Origin: Podarcis cretensis
Taxonomy: Eukaryota
Direction of reading: 5' to 3'
Length of the DNA: 64,000 bases
Assembly: GCA_951804945.1 (NCBI GenBank)
Contig: OX638160.1
Span: 27,342,001-27,406,000 of the forward strand
Both the position numbers and the translations under genes were made by a program. The notes under the pieces are model-generated. The model worked only from the letters and a program-made list of their open reading frames with translations. It did no database searches and was not told where the DNA came from. Below, in pieces: positions 13,012 through 26,972 of the stretch (position 1 is the first letter of the stretch; the number at the start of each line of letters is the position of its first letter).

Positions 13012-13148
13012 CAGCTTTCCTCAACCTGGTACTCTCCAGATATTTTTGGAATCTAGGTCCCATCAGCCCGTTACCATGGCCAATGGTCAAGCATGATGGG
13101 AGTTGTAGTTCAACAACATCTGGAGGACACCAGTTTTGGGGAAGGCTG
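13012..13148. mobile_element. Older hAT-Charlie (MER5-like) MITE
   Basis: CAGCTTTCCTCAACCTGG..CTCCAGAT .. GATGGGAGTTGTAGTTCAACAACATCTGGAGG..GGGAAGGCTG. Further decayed copies near 16.2, 17.5, 31.5, 39.8, 48.7, 53.0, 57.6, 58.8 and 61.2 kb. Confidence 0.75.
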
Positions 13149-13527
13149 CTTACTACAACGTATGTTTGCATGGACTCCAACACTTATACCAAATCAATCA
13201 CCCTCCTATGTTTATCAGATAAACCCCAAGTGCCATTGCGACATAGAAGGTAAACATCTGGAAAAGTGCTGCTTAGTTTCATTTGTGTCTTCTTCTGAAC
13301 AAGAACTATAGGAGATAAAAAAGGAAGTATGTTTTCGTTTGCTTGTTAAAGAAAAGCAGTTAGGGTTGTCATTATTGTTAGTGTTTGTCTCTTATATATA
13401 TATTTCTCACCATGCAATCCCAGAATATAATTTGAATCTGCTCAAAAAAAAACAGGGATGGCTATAGCGATTATAGTGCAAGAAAATCTGGATGACCACA
13501 TTTTAGCCAACCCTGATATAGAAGGTA

Positions 13528-13783
13528 CTGTATTTTTCGCTCTATAAGGCGCACCAGACCACAAGATACACCTAGTTTTTGGAGGAGGGAAACAAGAAAA
13601 AAAATATTCTGAATCTCAGAAGCCAGAACAAGAGGGATCACTGCGCAGTAAAAGCAGCGATCCCTCTTGCTGTTCTGGCTTTTGGGATAGCTGCGCAGCC
13701 TGCATTCACTCCATAAGACGCACACACATTTCCCCTTACTTTTTAGGAGGGAAAAAGTGAGTCTTATAGAGCAAAAAATACGG
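13528..13783. mobile_element. TcMar-Tc2 (MER104/Kanga-like) MITE, complete copy
   Basis: TA|CTGTATTTTTCGCTCTATAAG ... CTTATAGAGCAAAAAATACGG|TA; TA TSD; internal palindrome. Its right about 85 bp match the element end at 56836-56918. Confidence 0.9.
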
Positions 13784-16700
13784 TACTTTCCTAGACTTTT
13801 ACAGCAATGGAAAGATGAGATGCACTCTTAAAGAAAAGAGGGATATTTTGTTGACTTAGGTGAGTCAACAAAATCAAGCGAGTCTCTCTATCTCTGTCTC
13901 TCTCCAGCCACATGTCTGTATTGCTGTGTGCAATCACTACCTTGCTTCAAAGGTATTTGCAACTTGGAAATAATCTGTTCCGTATCATTCCTAGTTTGAT
14001 TATATATAATAAATTGAAAGCCATATATGTAAATGACTCAACAACATCTGGAGTGCAACACATTAGCTATCCCTGGTATATCTTATGGGTTTACTCTTTT
14101 GGTGGAACACACTTATTTGCTCCACTTTCCTCCCTCAACTTGCTTGTGATATGGTACGCCCAGAGACCTCCAAAAAAACCACCTTTGCTTGATAACAAAC
14201 TTTTTATTTTTATTTTTGTTAGGCCTCAGGATCGCTCACTTCAGAAAGGAAAATCACCACAGTTGCTTAAAATATTTCCCAACTGATGGGGGGGGGGGTA
14301 AATGTTAATAATTTATTGAGCCAGAATTGGCCTGTAGCTAGATCTGCAGTAGTACACAGTCACTCCTTGTATGATTCTGAAGAAGCAGTCATTGAAAAAG
14401 GTCAGTCTTCATGATATAGTATGCCTGGGAACTCTGGGCAATGCATCAGAAATATAATGAACATAATGCCAAAGGTCCACATATATTTGAGAAGGATGAA
14501 AATCACCACAAAGAACTTTTAGTCTGCCCTAAAGGGCATCTCAAGTGTAAACTCTTGATATAATTTAGAGAACAGTTTTATGGCCACAAGAATTATTTTA
14601 ACAACCTGAAAGAAACCACAATGCAGACCTTTTTTAAAACTTAAAAAACAATACGATATATTACTGGACTGGTCTCCAATATGCAGCTGAAATTAAGAAC
14701 CGGAGAGTTTGGACCTCAAACATCTCCTGTTTGGAACTTCTGGGCTAATTATGAGCAGAGCCAATCTCATAATTAGTCTGTAATTCCTCAGCTTGTCATT
14801 ATTTCAATACCAGCCACAGCAGCAGCTCTTCCTGCTTCTTTAGTTAGCCCCTGAAGCTTAATGGTGGTGACAGAAGTAGTGAGAGAATCTGTTGCTATAG
14901 CCTGCAGTGGCACTGTGACCACCAAGTCCTCTCAGAAATCTAGTTCCTTTGATCTTTCCTAAAAACCTCAAAAACTCTGGTTAAATTCCTAGGGATCCTG
15001 GTTTCCTATACTCTGTTGCTGAAGCACTCTGGGTGCCAATGACGGCTACAACTTTCTTACTACTGCTGCTGCCAGGTAACTTTTGGGTACAGTTGATTAT
15101 TATTACCACTACTACTACTAACTTCTAACTTAACCCAAAGGTCTCCAGGTAACTTACAAGACATGAAAAACATAACCATAAATACATTATACTGTTAACA
15201 AATTAATACAAAATGCTTACAATTCAACAAAGAATCTTTCAAAAGTACCTTAAAGTATCATAAGTATTGGATAACACACCACAAGTGGATCTGGCAGCTG
15301 CCCCATAATCAACTGGAGCTCATAAAAACCTTATTCCAAAACTCCCCAGTCACTGGGCAAGTCCACTACATATAGTAAACGATACCTAGCTCTCCACACC
15401 CCCTCCAACAATTATTAATTATCCTACTCAGAGTGCAAGGAGTCAGATGTATGAATCAATGTAAAATAATTGAACTTTCTCCCACACTCTGTTCCCCACC
15501 CCGAATATTACCTTACCAATATCCTGTTCCCATACCTGATGCAGACAATCAAGTGTACCACTATATTCAGCAAGCAAAATTTTATACATTCTAGATAAGA
15601 CACTTTTGTTAGCAGATGAATGTTAATCGGCATATTCTTCAAATGGTGTCAAACAACCTAGTAGTTTGTTGTCTTACCATAGGAATTGATGAAATATGCT
15701 GAATTTGATACATTTGTTGCCATGGATAAGGGACACTATCCAATTCACAAAGTCATTTGTTCATAATTTACACCATATTAGGGTAAATATATCTAGCCTC
15801 AGAGCATTTCTGATGCTATCTTTGACTATGAATTCCAGCAGTTTGTTCTGTACACAGATGCTGCCCAGATGCTGAAGACCATTACTTCCAGGACATATTA
15901 GTAACCGCATTTGGTGTTTGAGTTCGTTTGTATGAAGCCAGAAAAATTCAGGAGGATTTTCTGTTAGACCTACAGTTGTGGCTGCTGTTATTATTTCTTA
16001 TGTACCCTTTACCACAAGGTCCCTGAGTGGGTCACAACAATATAAAAATATAATATGTTTGGTTAATGGCAAAGCAACCCCCAATAAATTAAATCAGATT
16101 TTTAAAAAATAAAGTTTAAAAGAAAAGGGCGGGGGAATACATTTTAAAATGTTCATTTAGAAATAAATAAATGTCAAGCCTGATCCCTCCAAGTCATCAT
16201 GCCTTGACTCAACATTTGCCAACCTGGTGCCCTCCAGGCATGCTAGGTATGGCTGATGAAAGCTGTGGTCCAAAAGATCGGAGGGATGGGGGGGTGGGGT
16301 GGACCAGATTGGTGAATTCTGCATTAATTCATTATGTTTGAGAGTACAAAAAGATTAAAGGATGTAGCAACATTCACAAGGTCATATAGTTGATACAGAA
16401 AGTCATTATAAATGTCTTTTCATTTTTCACTGTTAGGTATTTTTTCCCATGCTATGCCTGAATACAATTCTTCTAGAAAGGAAATTGGTGTGTTTTTATT
16501 ACTAGAGCTAACCTATGCAAAGGCAAGCAATCTGAACTTTGAGAAGGTGCCTGTTCATGTCACTTACCTATTATGGGTGCACAGTTATCAGGCAAAGACA
16601 TATACGAGTGTGTGCATTCATGAATACAGAATTCTGTTCTCTTACGGATCACTGCTGGACAATCAGTATTGAGATGGCTTTCATAAAATGAGATTCTGGC

Positions 16701-17964
16701 AGAATCGATAGCTGCTGACACGTAATCATCACAGGACTGTCTGGAAATGTCTGGCTGTATGTAGTGTGAATTGCAAAGTGATCCAAATAAGTGATACTGA
16801 GGGCAACACACATATACCATGAAAAGTTTCAACCCCCAGAAAACTTTGGAGGACAGTAAGAAACACCAAAAAGGAGTCAGGTTGGAATGAGCCCAGCGGG
16901 CCAAAACCTGACTAGTTCTGAATTGTTTCATTTGTGGGACGGGTGCTTTAAGTGAGAATGGAAGGTGATAGACCAGGCAAAATGCTCTCACCACCAGTAG
17001 AATGCAGTTGTGTTGACAAAGCTCATAACTATAGCTCTCTCTACTCACACCTCTTTAGTCTGGCTTGGCAAATAAGTAGAAAATGGTTGGTATCCTTCAG
17101 AAGCTGAATTTGGCCCAGAATTTGCTGGCCATTACTGCATGGCAACAGAATCCCCAATGGAAGTTTGTTCCAGATTTCCTTTGGCAGGGTGGAGGGGAAA
17201 GTCAATGGAGATTCCACACAGTTTCCTTACGCAACTTGTTCTACTGGAGAACTATGTGATGGAGCACTTGAAAGGCAACTACATCTAGCAAAAATGGTCA
17301 GGAAAAATCCATTCATCATGATTTCACTGTGTCAACAAAGATGTTAGTGTTTGATGCTGGATTTTAAATGTCACTGACAATTTGTCTTTCACTGGATACC
17401 ATCTAGACACATTCTCACTAAATCGTCTGCTTGTAGACTTCCTTTCTTTCTCCTTGCTAACAACTCATATTACCGTAGATAATTAGGCTGCCATTTCCAG
17501 TTCAGAGCTGCTTAGTCTGTGCCAGCCTTCAGTAGCCTAGCACCATCCATCCTACAACTCCTATAATCCCTGACAATTGGCCACACTGCCTGGGAATTGT
17601 AGTCCAAAACATCTGGAAGGTATCAGGTTGGCAAATGCTTTACTTCTCTCATGTTACCTGAAAAACCAAATGCTGCAAGCGAGTTCTTGCTGATTTAGTG
17701 ATTTTCAGTTAAATGATGTATCAGGTAGGAATGCAATAAAATGTTGCAGAATGGCATGCTTCTATTCAGGCCCACCTGCTGCCAGCCATGCCCTTTTACA
17801 AGATACTCCATTCCACACTCCTCCCAATTTTCTGTTTCTCCACTCCAACATTCAATCAGCATTCCAGGCCCAGTAAGCATACTCATTCTTCTTTGGTCTG
17901 TTTTGGGCTTTCCCCCTGGTAACTGATACCTTCCTCTTGTGTCTGGATCATCTGATTTCTGTTT

Positions 17965-18155
17965 ATATTATTATTATATATTGAATTTATATACTGCCCT
18001 ATACCCAGAGGTCTCTGGGTGGTTCACAGAATAAAATCAAAATATAAAAACCACAAAATATATAATCAAAATAAAAAAACAACCCAATAATCCCCCTTCC
18101 AAAAACCCCCACCACATTTTAAAAGGGCATAGGATGTCAATCAAATCAACCAAAT
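17965..18155 (-). mobile_element. L2-type 3' tail
   Basis: TTATTATT..AATTTATATACTGCCCTATACCCAGAGGTCTC..GGTTCACA..CCACATTTTAAAAGGGCATAGGATG is the reverse complement of the tail at 55.2-55.37 kb. Confidence 0.65.
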
Positions 18156-20521
18156 ATTCCCTCTGTATTCTTTCATGCCTTCTCATTACTGATCTTATTT
18201 ATTTACTTTTGTTTAAATTTTCACTAAAGCAATGTTCTATTCATTGCAAAAAGCCCTGGGCCACACTGACTACTCTCACAGCCCAAGGGAAAATAAACCT
18301 ATTATATTGTGTGCCCAATACTGCATACCCACAACCAGACAAAATAATATATCTATGAAAATATGAAAGAGATTCATAGCCATTATCAGCAGGGGAAGAA
18401 CTGCATTTCATTGTGAAGAGGAAATGCTTCAGTGCCCTGTTTTGCTAATAATGGGACCAGTCATGCACAAGATGTTTGGTTATTGTAATCTTCATGCATG
18501 GTATTTGCACATGCATGCAGTATGATTTTAGTATTCTGCACAGCCTTGAAAAGAGCTGGGCTGTAAAGCTGACTTTTGCAAAGGACACGTCAGAATGCTG
18601 GCTTAGCCTGTATTTTGCATAAATAAATACACTGTCTTGATTTTAAAAAGAAGTACTTTGCTGCAGTGTATCCTAACAGAAAGATTCATTGTCACAATCC
18701 AGATGGCATCGTGTGACAAAGGAGGCATGATGACTTAATCCTCTCCTATCTCTTACAGCTAACAGTTTCCGGACTTCTTTCAAAACATTTTGTAAAAGTT
18801 TTATGGAACCTTACTTTTCAATAAGTAAAAGATTACGGCAAGAATATGCATTGTTAACTACGGCTGCAATCAGGGGTGGACTTTGGTCTCTCAAATTTCA
18901 GCAGTGCCCTGTGCAAGGCCAAAATACAGCGACCCCCTGCCTCTTGCCTTCCATTATGCTCAATTCACTATGTCATAGCTGTGACGCCCTGCAGCACTCC
19001 CTAGGCTTGACACCCAAAGCAGTGGAATCAGTCATGCTGCCCTAAATCTACCTCTGGTGCGATTAAAAGGAGGGTGGGGTTGGGAAGAACCAAAGGCAGT
19101 CAAGCTGCCTCATCCAACACCCTGTTAGGCTCTTCTGGCAAGGCAGGAGATGGGGGGAGGCACTCTTGTGCTCCTACAGCCTCAGTTAGTTTGCCGGTTT
19201 GTTTAAAATCAGTTCCTCACCCATAGGGAAAGTGACTGAGCTGTCCCTAAGACTATATGAGCGTGGTTTACCATAGATTCTGTTCCTGGCTTATTCATTA
19301 AATAGCGTTTAAACAAACCAGAGTTCCCTGACTTTGGATGTAATAGGGAACTCTGGTTAGCTTGAAAGTGAATGTGGGAATTTGCATTCTTCTCCTGGTG
19401 GCCAAGGAAGGAAAAAGAAGGGGGTCATGAGCATCATTCACTGCAGGAAATTATAGCTTCCCATTATTCCTCAAATGGCCAGTATGCAGATATTTGTTCT
19501 GTACACTAGAATAGTAGAATTGTCAGGTGTGTAGGCAAAATGCTATTATGCCTGACCCATTAATAGAACACAGAAGATACACTAACACCCCTAAGAGACC
19601 AAAACCCAATAAAAAACAATAAGCCTTAGCAACACAGAAGTTTAGAATAATGAAAAACCATCCAGGAGGCAAACATTTGTAGTCCAGGCATTCATGTACT
19701 TAAGATCAAAAAGCCTCTATACAGTCATTTCAAATTCAGTGCACTGTAATACTGTGTATGTTGCTAAAAACCAGAAACACTGGATTCAATAAAAGCTTGC
19801 CATGTGGGTGTATTCAGACCACCATCTCAATCACTATGTATTTTTATTTTTATTGAGTGTTGCTAGATGTGAGGCTTACTGTGCCGTAACATGCCCGTAC
19901 TTTAAAAAAAAAAAACCCAGTCCAATGATTTCTCATTAAGCAGTTTGTCATTTTATCTGTGAAATCAAATTCAACAGAAATAGCAGCAGCTACTCCTGTC
20001 TAATAGCAAATGCCTTATGGACGTGGAGTTCCAGATAAGCCAGGCCAGGGCATATTGATTTCTGTGGTTTCTGCAGAAAAGAGGATTATTTAGGGGAGAA
20101 ATCTTTACATGTTCAGGGATACACATGGCTGAAGGAGTCTAACGAAACTGTGGATAATTCACAGTAGTCACAGTGCAATTGTATAAGAGTGTAATAAACA
20201 AAATTTCACAGTAGAGTCAATCTCTTATGTGTGTCTGACACTAGTTTTTAAAATGCTGGACACAACCCATCTGGATGCTCCCTGCACAGGTGCTGTTGAG
20301 CTGAATGGCAACTAAGAAACTGAGTGGCAAACTTTTATATTGTATGTTAGGTGTCAATATGATCTTATATTTTCAAAATGCCAGCCTGAAATAGCTACTA
20401 GTTACAGATAACCTAATTATTGGAGATTATGAGGACTAGGATGATCAAGAGCTGAACCAAAGCTGATCCTTGGTACAAATTGCTATGAACCATTGGGAAA
20501 CACTTGAAATGGGTTCAATCA

Positions 20522-20564
20522 AATAATAATAATAATAATAATAATAATAATTATTATTATTATT
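20522..20564. repeat. Head-to-head (AAT)n/(ATT)n microsatellite
   Basis: About 10 AAT units immediately followed by about 5 TAT units. Confidence 0.95.
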
Positions 20565-21796
20565 CAGGTGCAAGGAAAAGCATTTTATAGAACTGCCCTG
20601 ATGTAGCAAATCTTTAGAAAAGTAGGATATGTGAAATATAACTGGAGTGGAAAGGATAGGATGAAATAGGGAGAGCAGGTGTGAGTCAGAAAGGCAAAAA
20701 GAGGTATCTGCTACTGGAGAAATAATAGTTTAGTGAGGTAAAACCCTCGAGATTCCCACCATGCAATTCAGCATAGTGCCTCCAGATCCTTTAATCTGGC
20801 CTTGTGAGTAGAAAAGAATAAAGGGCTTGCTCTCCAGCTATGAATGAACTCTACATAACCCATTTGGTGTTTAATAAATTCCTGCAATGTACATCATTTC
20901 CAGCACATTCACTAACTTAACACAGTTTTGTCCTGCTGTGATGGGCATCTAAAGTGTTAATGTTTTAAAGAAATCATTGCTATTGCTATTGCTGCTGCTG
21001 GAGTCCAGCAAGCCATGAAATATTTAAAAAGTGAAGTTTTTGTTTCCCCTGGCTGCAGAGCACAGCCCTACAGCTTTAAATATTAAAACAACAACATTTG
21101 AAGCATTTGAAACAAGCACAAGAATTCACTGGCACTTGAATGCTCTCCCTCCACCCCCACCCATTGCTGCTACAGAAAACTAATCCTTTTATAATATAAT
21201 CAAAAGGGAAGAAGACTACTTAGGAATGCAACTGGCCAGTGTGTTTTTTGCATTGAAGAAAGATGTCAAAGTGATACTCATCTAAAATGTGCTCAGAATA
21301 GCAGCATTCTTACACTCATACCGCTGCAGTTGATGTAGCCACGCATATTTTGCCAAAAAAAGTGGACACAGTTTTGGAATAAATGTGCATGTTAGCTGAT
21401 ACATATAGATGCAAATTTACAAATAATAATTATTATTTGTTCGATTTATATATACCACCCTTTGTCAAAAGATTCCAGGGCAGTGTACAACACATTTTAC
21501 AGAACATCAGTAATAAAAACATAATGAAAAGCATAATAACAGACAGCATAATAAAATAATCATAATAACAGTACCCCCCCCCCTCAACACGTCATAGATT
21601 ATTTAATGGCCAAAGGCCTGGGTAAAGAGGAATGTTTTTGCCTGGTGCCTAAACACATGTAATGATGGGACCAGGTGAGCCTCTCTGGGGAAAGCAATAA
21701 TTTAAATAGAAAGCCACAACATCCTAGTGGGAAAGACTGTGGACAGGTGACTTGTACATCTTCTCAGTCTGCTATTTGTGGTCAGTGGATGATAAA

Positions 21797-21992
21797 GCTA
21801 TCAATGGTTACTAGTCACGGTGGCTGTGTTCTGCCTCCACTCTCAGAAGCAGTATGCCTTTGAACACCAGTTTCTGGGAATCACAGGTGAGGAGAGTCCT
21901 GCTGCACTCAGCTCCTACTTGCGGGCTTCCCATAGGCATCTGGTTGGCCATGGTAGGCCTTTGGGCTGATCCAGCAGGGATCTTTTTCTGTT
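21797..21992 (+). mobile_element. CR1 LINE 3' fragment
   Basis: CTATCAATGGTTACTAGTCA..GGCTTCCCATAGGCATCTGGTTGGCCA..GGCTGATCCAGCAGGG. Confidence 0.7.
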
Positions 21993-22309
21993 AACTGTTG
22001 ACAGAAAGCTCCCCAAACCCTGCTGCTCCTTATGGATCTTTACCTTTAAGCCAGACTTAAGGACTGGACAGCCCTTCAAACAGAAGACTGTAGGATAGCA
22101 GCAAACATTGTTTGCCTGCTGCTGTCTCTCCCAGTTCCACAAAGAGTTCTGCCCTGAGCAGGGCTAGAAGAGGGGGAAAGGGCCTACTGAATGGAAGCAA
22201 GATGGCATCCCATTCAAGCACTGGCTAGTCTACATCCAGTGTGAGATTTTCAGGTAATCACTTGTGCTGATGTCGTTCGATTGTGTTGAATAACTTAACT
22301 ATCTCCTTT

Positions 22310-22500
22310 CTTAAGAACACAGAAAGGTGTCTTATAAGGAGTCAGACTACTGGTCCATCTAGCTCAGTGATGTCTACAGTAAAGGGCAGTGGCTCTCCAG
22401 GATTTCAGTCAGAGGGTTTCTCCCAGCCCTACCTGGAGATGCTGGGGATTGAACCTGTACCCTTCTGCATGAAAGGCAGATGCTCTGTCCTTGCTACATC
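22310..22500 (-). mobile_element. Squam3-type SINE
   Basis: GAGTCAGAC..GGTCCATCTAGCTCAGT..CCCTACCTGGAGATGCTGGGGATTGAACCTG..CCTTCTGCATG; reverse complement of the family at 7768. Confidence 0.8.
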
Positions 22501-25500
22501 CTACATTGGTCTATATCTGTTACTACCACTTTCACTTTTCTCCCACCCTCAAAGCCCAATTGAAGTCAACTGTTGCAGAGATCACTGGAGCTCCATCTTT
22601 GCTAAAACCCAGTTACCAACAACCCATGATTATGGTATTCTCTGCAGCCAGAATGGACTCACCTTCACAACTTTTTACTCTTCTTTTTCACATTAGCTGT
22701 TCCATTTTGATGACTGCGTCCTGTTTCATCCCATGCTAACATGACAGTGCTACAGTCTATCTGTTATGGACGTGGTTCAGAAATGCCTTTTCTATTTTGC
22801 AGACCTACATTCTCCCCTTGATAAGAGACATGTCTTAAAATACAGGGGCATCTGGCAACCTTACACTGGCATTTTTTTCCAGCTTAAAAAAAAAGCATAA
22901 CTCAAATTTGATTTTCTCTGTGGTTTGCATAGCTCTGAGCTAAGACACTTTGCACACATTCTGCTGATGAAATTTCTAAGCACTGCTGAATTATGAAGAA
23001 TCTCTTTTCTTCTCTTACCCACCCCCCTGTTCATGTGCACGTGCACACCAGTCAAGAACACATTTTGGAATTGAAGGATATGAAAGCACAGTCAGTTTGG
23101 GAATATTATTAGCCAGACCTCATTAATTAAATAAGACTAATGATTTATTCATAAATCTAGGACAATGAGAGGACAATGCAGTGCATTTACATTAGAGATG
23201 AGCACATACTTTGAGGAAGAATAAAAGGCTTTGAGCCATAAACATTGAAATCCTTGTTTCTAACACTTGAATGTATTGTATGGGCCATTTCCCTGCCTTA
23301 TTTTATATCTCAAATGAGGAAATTGTTCCGGTAAGGAGTATGAATGGCTGTTTCTGACCCTCTGGTGTATATATAAACCTCTTAAAGAATTGCCTCCTTC
23401 TCACTTTTCATTTTTACTTGGAAAATAATTCTTAAAAACATTTAATCAAAATCAAATACAGATCCAAGAAACAAAAGACGGAACAGTATCAATATTAGGA
23501 TTTCAGATATAAGCAAGCTGTCACTGGGAGTTTAATCTTAGCCAAGACTTAACTCCAGAACCCACTTATGGACTCAGCCTGAAACATGGAAGTCCAAAAC
23601 CCAATATTATGATATATGTATTTCTTGCCAAAGATGATAAGCAACCTATCACTTACTAACATATGTTTCTAGGCCCTGCTATTCCTAGTATACATAATTA
23701 ATATTTGGAATGGAATCAAACTATTCTATGCCAGTTCCCATTATCAGGGAAAATATGATCACCCTGTGGGTAGGTTTATGTACCAATAGGAAGGCAAAAT
23801 ATGATTACTTTTCAGTGAGGTTTATGTGAGAAGTGCTTTGAGTCTATGCACCACTAGATTTGACAAAGGATACTCTGTCCCTGTATGATGCCCATTACAA
23901 GCCAAAGAGGGACTCAATTCATCCTAAGGTCATTGGATTGGCCCAGGCACCCTATCAATGTCATCACTTTGCATCAGTAAAACAGCATAGCAAGGGATTT
24001 TACAGTGTTATTTGAGCCAAGTATTTGAGCATCTGAATTTGGTGGCAAGCCTTCCAGGCATGCTAAAAACCCAGGCATCTCTTCATACAAAAGAGAAGAT
24101 GTGCAGTGTTATATAATAATTTAATGCACAACTACCCGTTTGTACTTACAAGAGATTAAATGTGTCTCCCACATGGCCAAAAAAAAAAAAAAGTAATATA
24201 TGTGACTAGGAGGAGAAAGCAAGTTTCTTTCACTGCTGTCCTAGAACCATTGGCAAGACATCAAATATATTGAGCCTTACTCTTCAGGGTATGGGAAAGG
24301 ACTCTGGTGCAGCAGAAACAAAGCCTTGTCCCTACCTGCATTTGAGCTCCTGTAGTTCCAAAAGCGAAAAGTTGGGGAAAGCCTAGGGTTGTGTTGAGGG
24401 AGGACCAGGAAATAGGCTTGGATCCAATGCCTTCTCAGCTGTCTGACACACACTCCAAACCAGGGAGAGTGTTTTGCCATTGGAGTCAATGTCTCCGGTG
24501 AATGCACTTGCCATTGTTTCTAATGCGGGAAAACTGCTAAGATGAAGAAATGCAAGAATGTTCCTCCATCTTCTGCCCTGCTGGTTCCAGCCAGTATTCA
24601 GCTTGGATTTGGCTGCTAGGCAGCCCTTGCTTTCACTAACGCTATCGCCCCCTTGTTCCCAATCTTTACTCACCCATTCTTCCCTGACACGGAGACGCAC
24701 ACACCCTTTTGTGGATCGCCTCAGCAGGTCCACTCTGATCTTTGTTATCTGATTGGTGCATCTATCTGGATTCAGAAACAGGAGGGGGAAATGGGTTGGC
24801 TTTATAACCCATTTTAAGCAAATATCTGTTCAGAAGGGTGTACAGAATAAATGGAGTGGACTGTAATTTCATAAGCTCTCTGGATAGAGCACATTCTAAA
24901 TCCCAGCACAAATCTCTATTAATTATTTCTAATCCATGTAATTATGTTCAGCTCATATCTGATTTTCAAAAATTATTTTGAGCAACAAACTGCAAGCTGC
25001 CCTGCTTATGTAATTTCTTATCAGGCAATATCCAAAGAACATTTAAAAAGACAGATGAGGAACTTCTTTAAAGTAATGGAGGAAGATAAGAGTATGTTTA
25101 TATATGATCAACAAAAAAGTTTTTGTGTGGGTGTGAACAAATGAATGAATATTTATGTGTGATGTATTATAGGTTGCTTGGAAACCTTTTGGTTAACAAG
25201 AGATTAACAAGTCTAATAATGGTAAAATAATAGTAATGTGTGAAAATGTGTTGTGTGGGTGTTAGGTGTTCATGTGTATGAATGGGTGTGAGTTTGGGGT
25301 GCTCCTTTGCACTGTCTCAATACACTGCTTGCATGTGGTTCCTGGAAGGTCAACCTACGACCCTCAGCCTGAAAACAGTGCCCCACCCTTGATGTAAGAC
25401 TAAAATATGCATGCCTAAAGCTACCACCATTTTATTGATTCTGCTCTTATGCCTTTAACAGCAGTCAGGCACATACAAATTAAGCAGGTGGCACTTTTAA

Positions 25501-25984
25501 TGGCATGGAGATTAGCCGTACCATCCAGCATTTTACGAATAAAAACAGGGCATGATAATATCCCAATTTCCTTACCTAGGATCATGTCCCCAAGTGTCAC
25601 CCCAACAAACTGATGAAGGCTCTTTTCTCTGTGCTGTTTTTGTAAGGCTGAACAGAAAGTTGTGCGAGTTTACCTCAAAAGGTTTGACGCCGATCCCATT
25701 CCCCACCTATTCCAGTTGCTGATAGGATGGTCAGGTGCAAAAGAGGACAGGACCCCTGAGGAAATGTGAGGTAAAAATGTAATCACTAAATAATAAAAGC
25801 TCATATGCCAAAATCATTATCTAGCATTGTACATAGAGATACCATTCTGAGACTTGGCTAATGTATGTTTCTCCCACTTCATCATGGCCTTACAACAATC
25901 CTGCGAGGTAGGTTAAGCCAAAAGACAGAGGGTGGCTTAAGGTCACCCATTGAGCTCCTTAGCGGAGTGAAAATTACCCCACTG

Positions 25985-26225
25985 TACTTTGGCCACCTCA
26001 TGAGAAGAGAAGACTCCCTGGAAAAGACCCTGATGTTGGGAAAGATGGAGGGCACAAGGAGAAGGGGACAACAGAGGACGAGATGGTTGGACAGTGTTCT
26101 CGAAGCCACAAACATGAGTCTGACCAAACTGCGGGAGGCAGTGGAAGATAGGAGTGCCTGGCGTGCTCTGGTCCATGGGGTCACGAAGAGTCGGACACGA
26201 CTAAACGACTAAACGACAACAGCAA
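25985..26225 (+). mobile_element. Bov-B (RTE) LINE 3' fragment
   Basis: Translates YFGHLMRREDSLEKTLMLGKMEGTRRRGQQRTRWLDSV...WRALVHGVTKSRTRLND, the Bov-B ORF C-terminus; (CAA)-type tail. Confidence 0.95.
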
Positions 26226-26646
26226 TAAACACAATGATTTAGACCTCAGGACTCCCATCCTCTTTATATTATATAAAGAGGCACTTATACCACATCCACT
26301 AAATAATAAAAGCTCATTATGTTATATATAGAGATGTTACTACAAAGATAGCATCCCGAGGCCTGGCTGAGGGGCTCTTGGATGTGGTATAAGTGCTGTC
26401 CCACCACCAGAGAGGGAGGCCTGCTGGAAAGAGATGGCACTTTCACTGCCAGAAGTACCATGGCATGTCCACAAAAAAACTTGAATTTAGAATATCGGTG
26501 GGTATGAGGTTTTGAGCTTACCTTATTGTTATGAGGCAGATAAGGGTTGGTACATGTGTTTTTTTCTTTCCAGTCAAACATGTCTGCAGAGCTCTACAGT
26601 CCCCAGGCTGCCTGTGCTTCCTCTTCTGAGAGGTTACCTCATGCTG

Positions 26647-26972
26647 GCCACCATAAATTTAAAGTCCTACCACTTTAAACACTCAAAGTTACCCGCAAAG
26701 AATTCTGGCAGCTGTTGTTTGTTAAGGGTGCTGAGAGGTGTGAGGAGACTCCAATTCCTCTCCCAGACCTGCCGTTGGCAGAGTGGTTTAACAATCAATC
26801 CTTTCTTCTCAGGGAACTCTTGAGAATTCGAGCTCTGCGAGGGAACAGAGACCTCGAGTCCTGACAACTCTCAGCGCCCTTAAAAAACTACAGCTTCCAT
26901 AATTCTTTGGGAGAAGCCATGACTGTTTAAAGTAGTATCACAGTACTTTAAATGTATGGTGTGAATGTGGCC
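26647..26972. mobile_element. PIF/Harbinger-like palindromic MITE
   Basis: GTTAAGGGTGCTGAGAG..CTCTCAGCGCCCTTAA inverted core; ends GTGTGAATGTGGCC|TAA; same family as 44703-45000 and the split copy at 56.7-57.45 kb. Confidence 0.65.

Noticed and set aside
16560-17048. 162-aa minus-strand ORF with possible splice signals
   Set aside because: No recognisable domain, weak acceptor and random-like composition.
25620-25780. Possible exon on either strand (for example minus-strand VGNGIGVKPFE)
   Set aside because: Splice sites are mediocre, alternative readings conflict and no peptide is recognisable.
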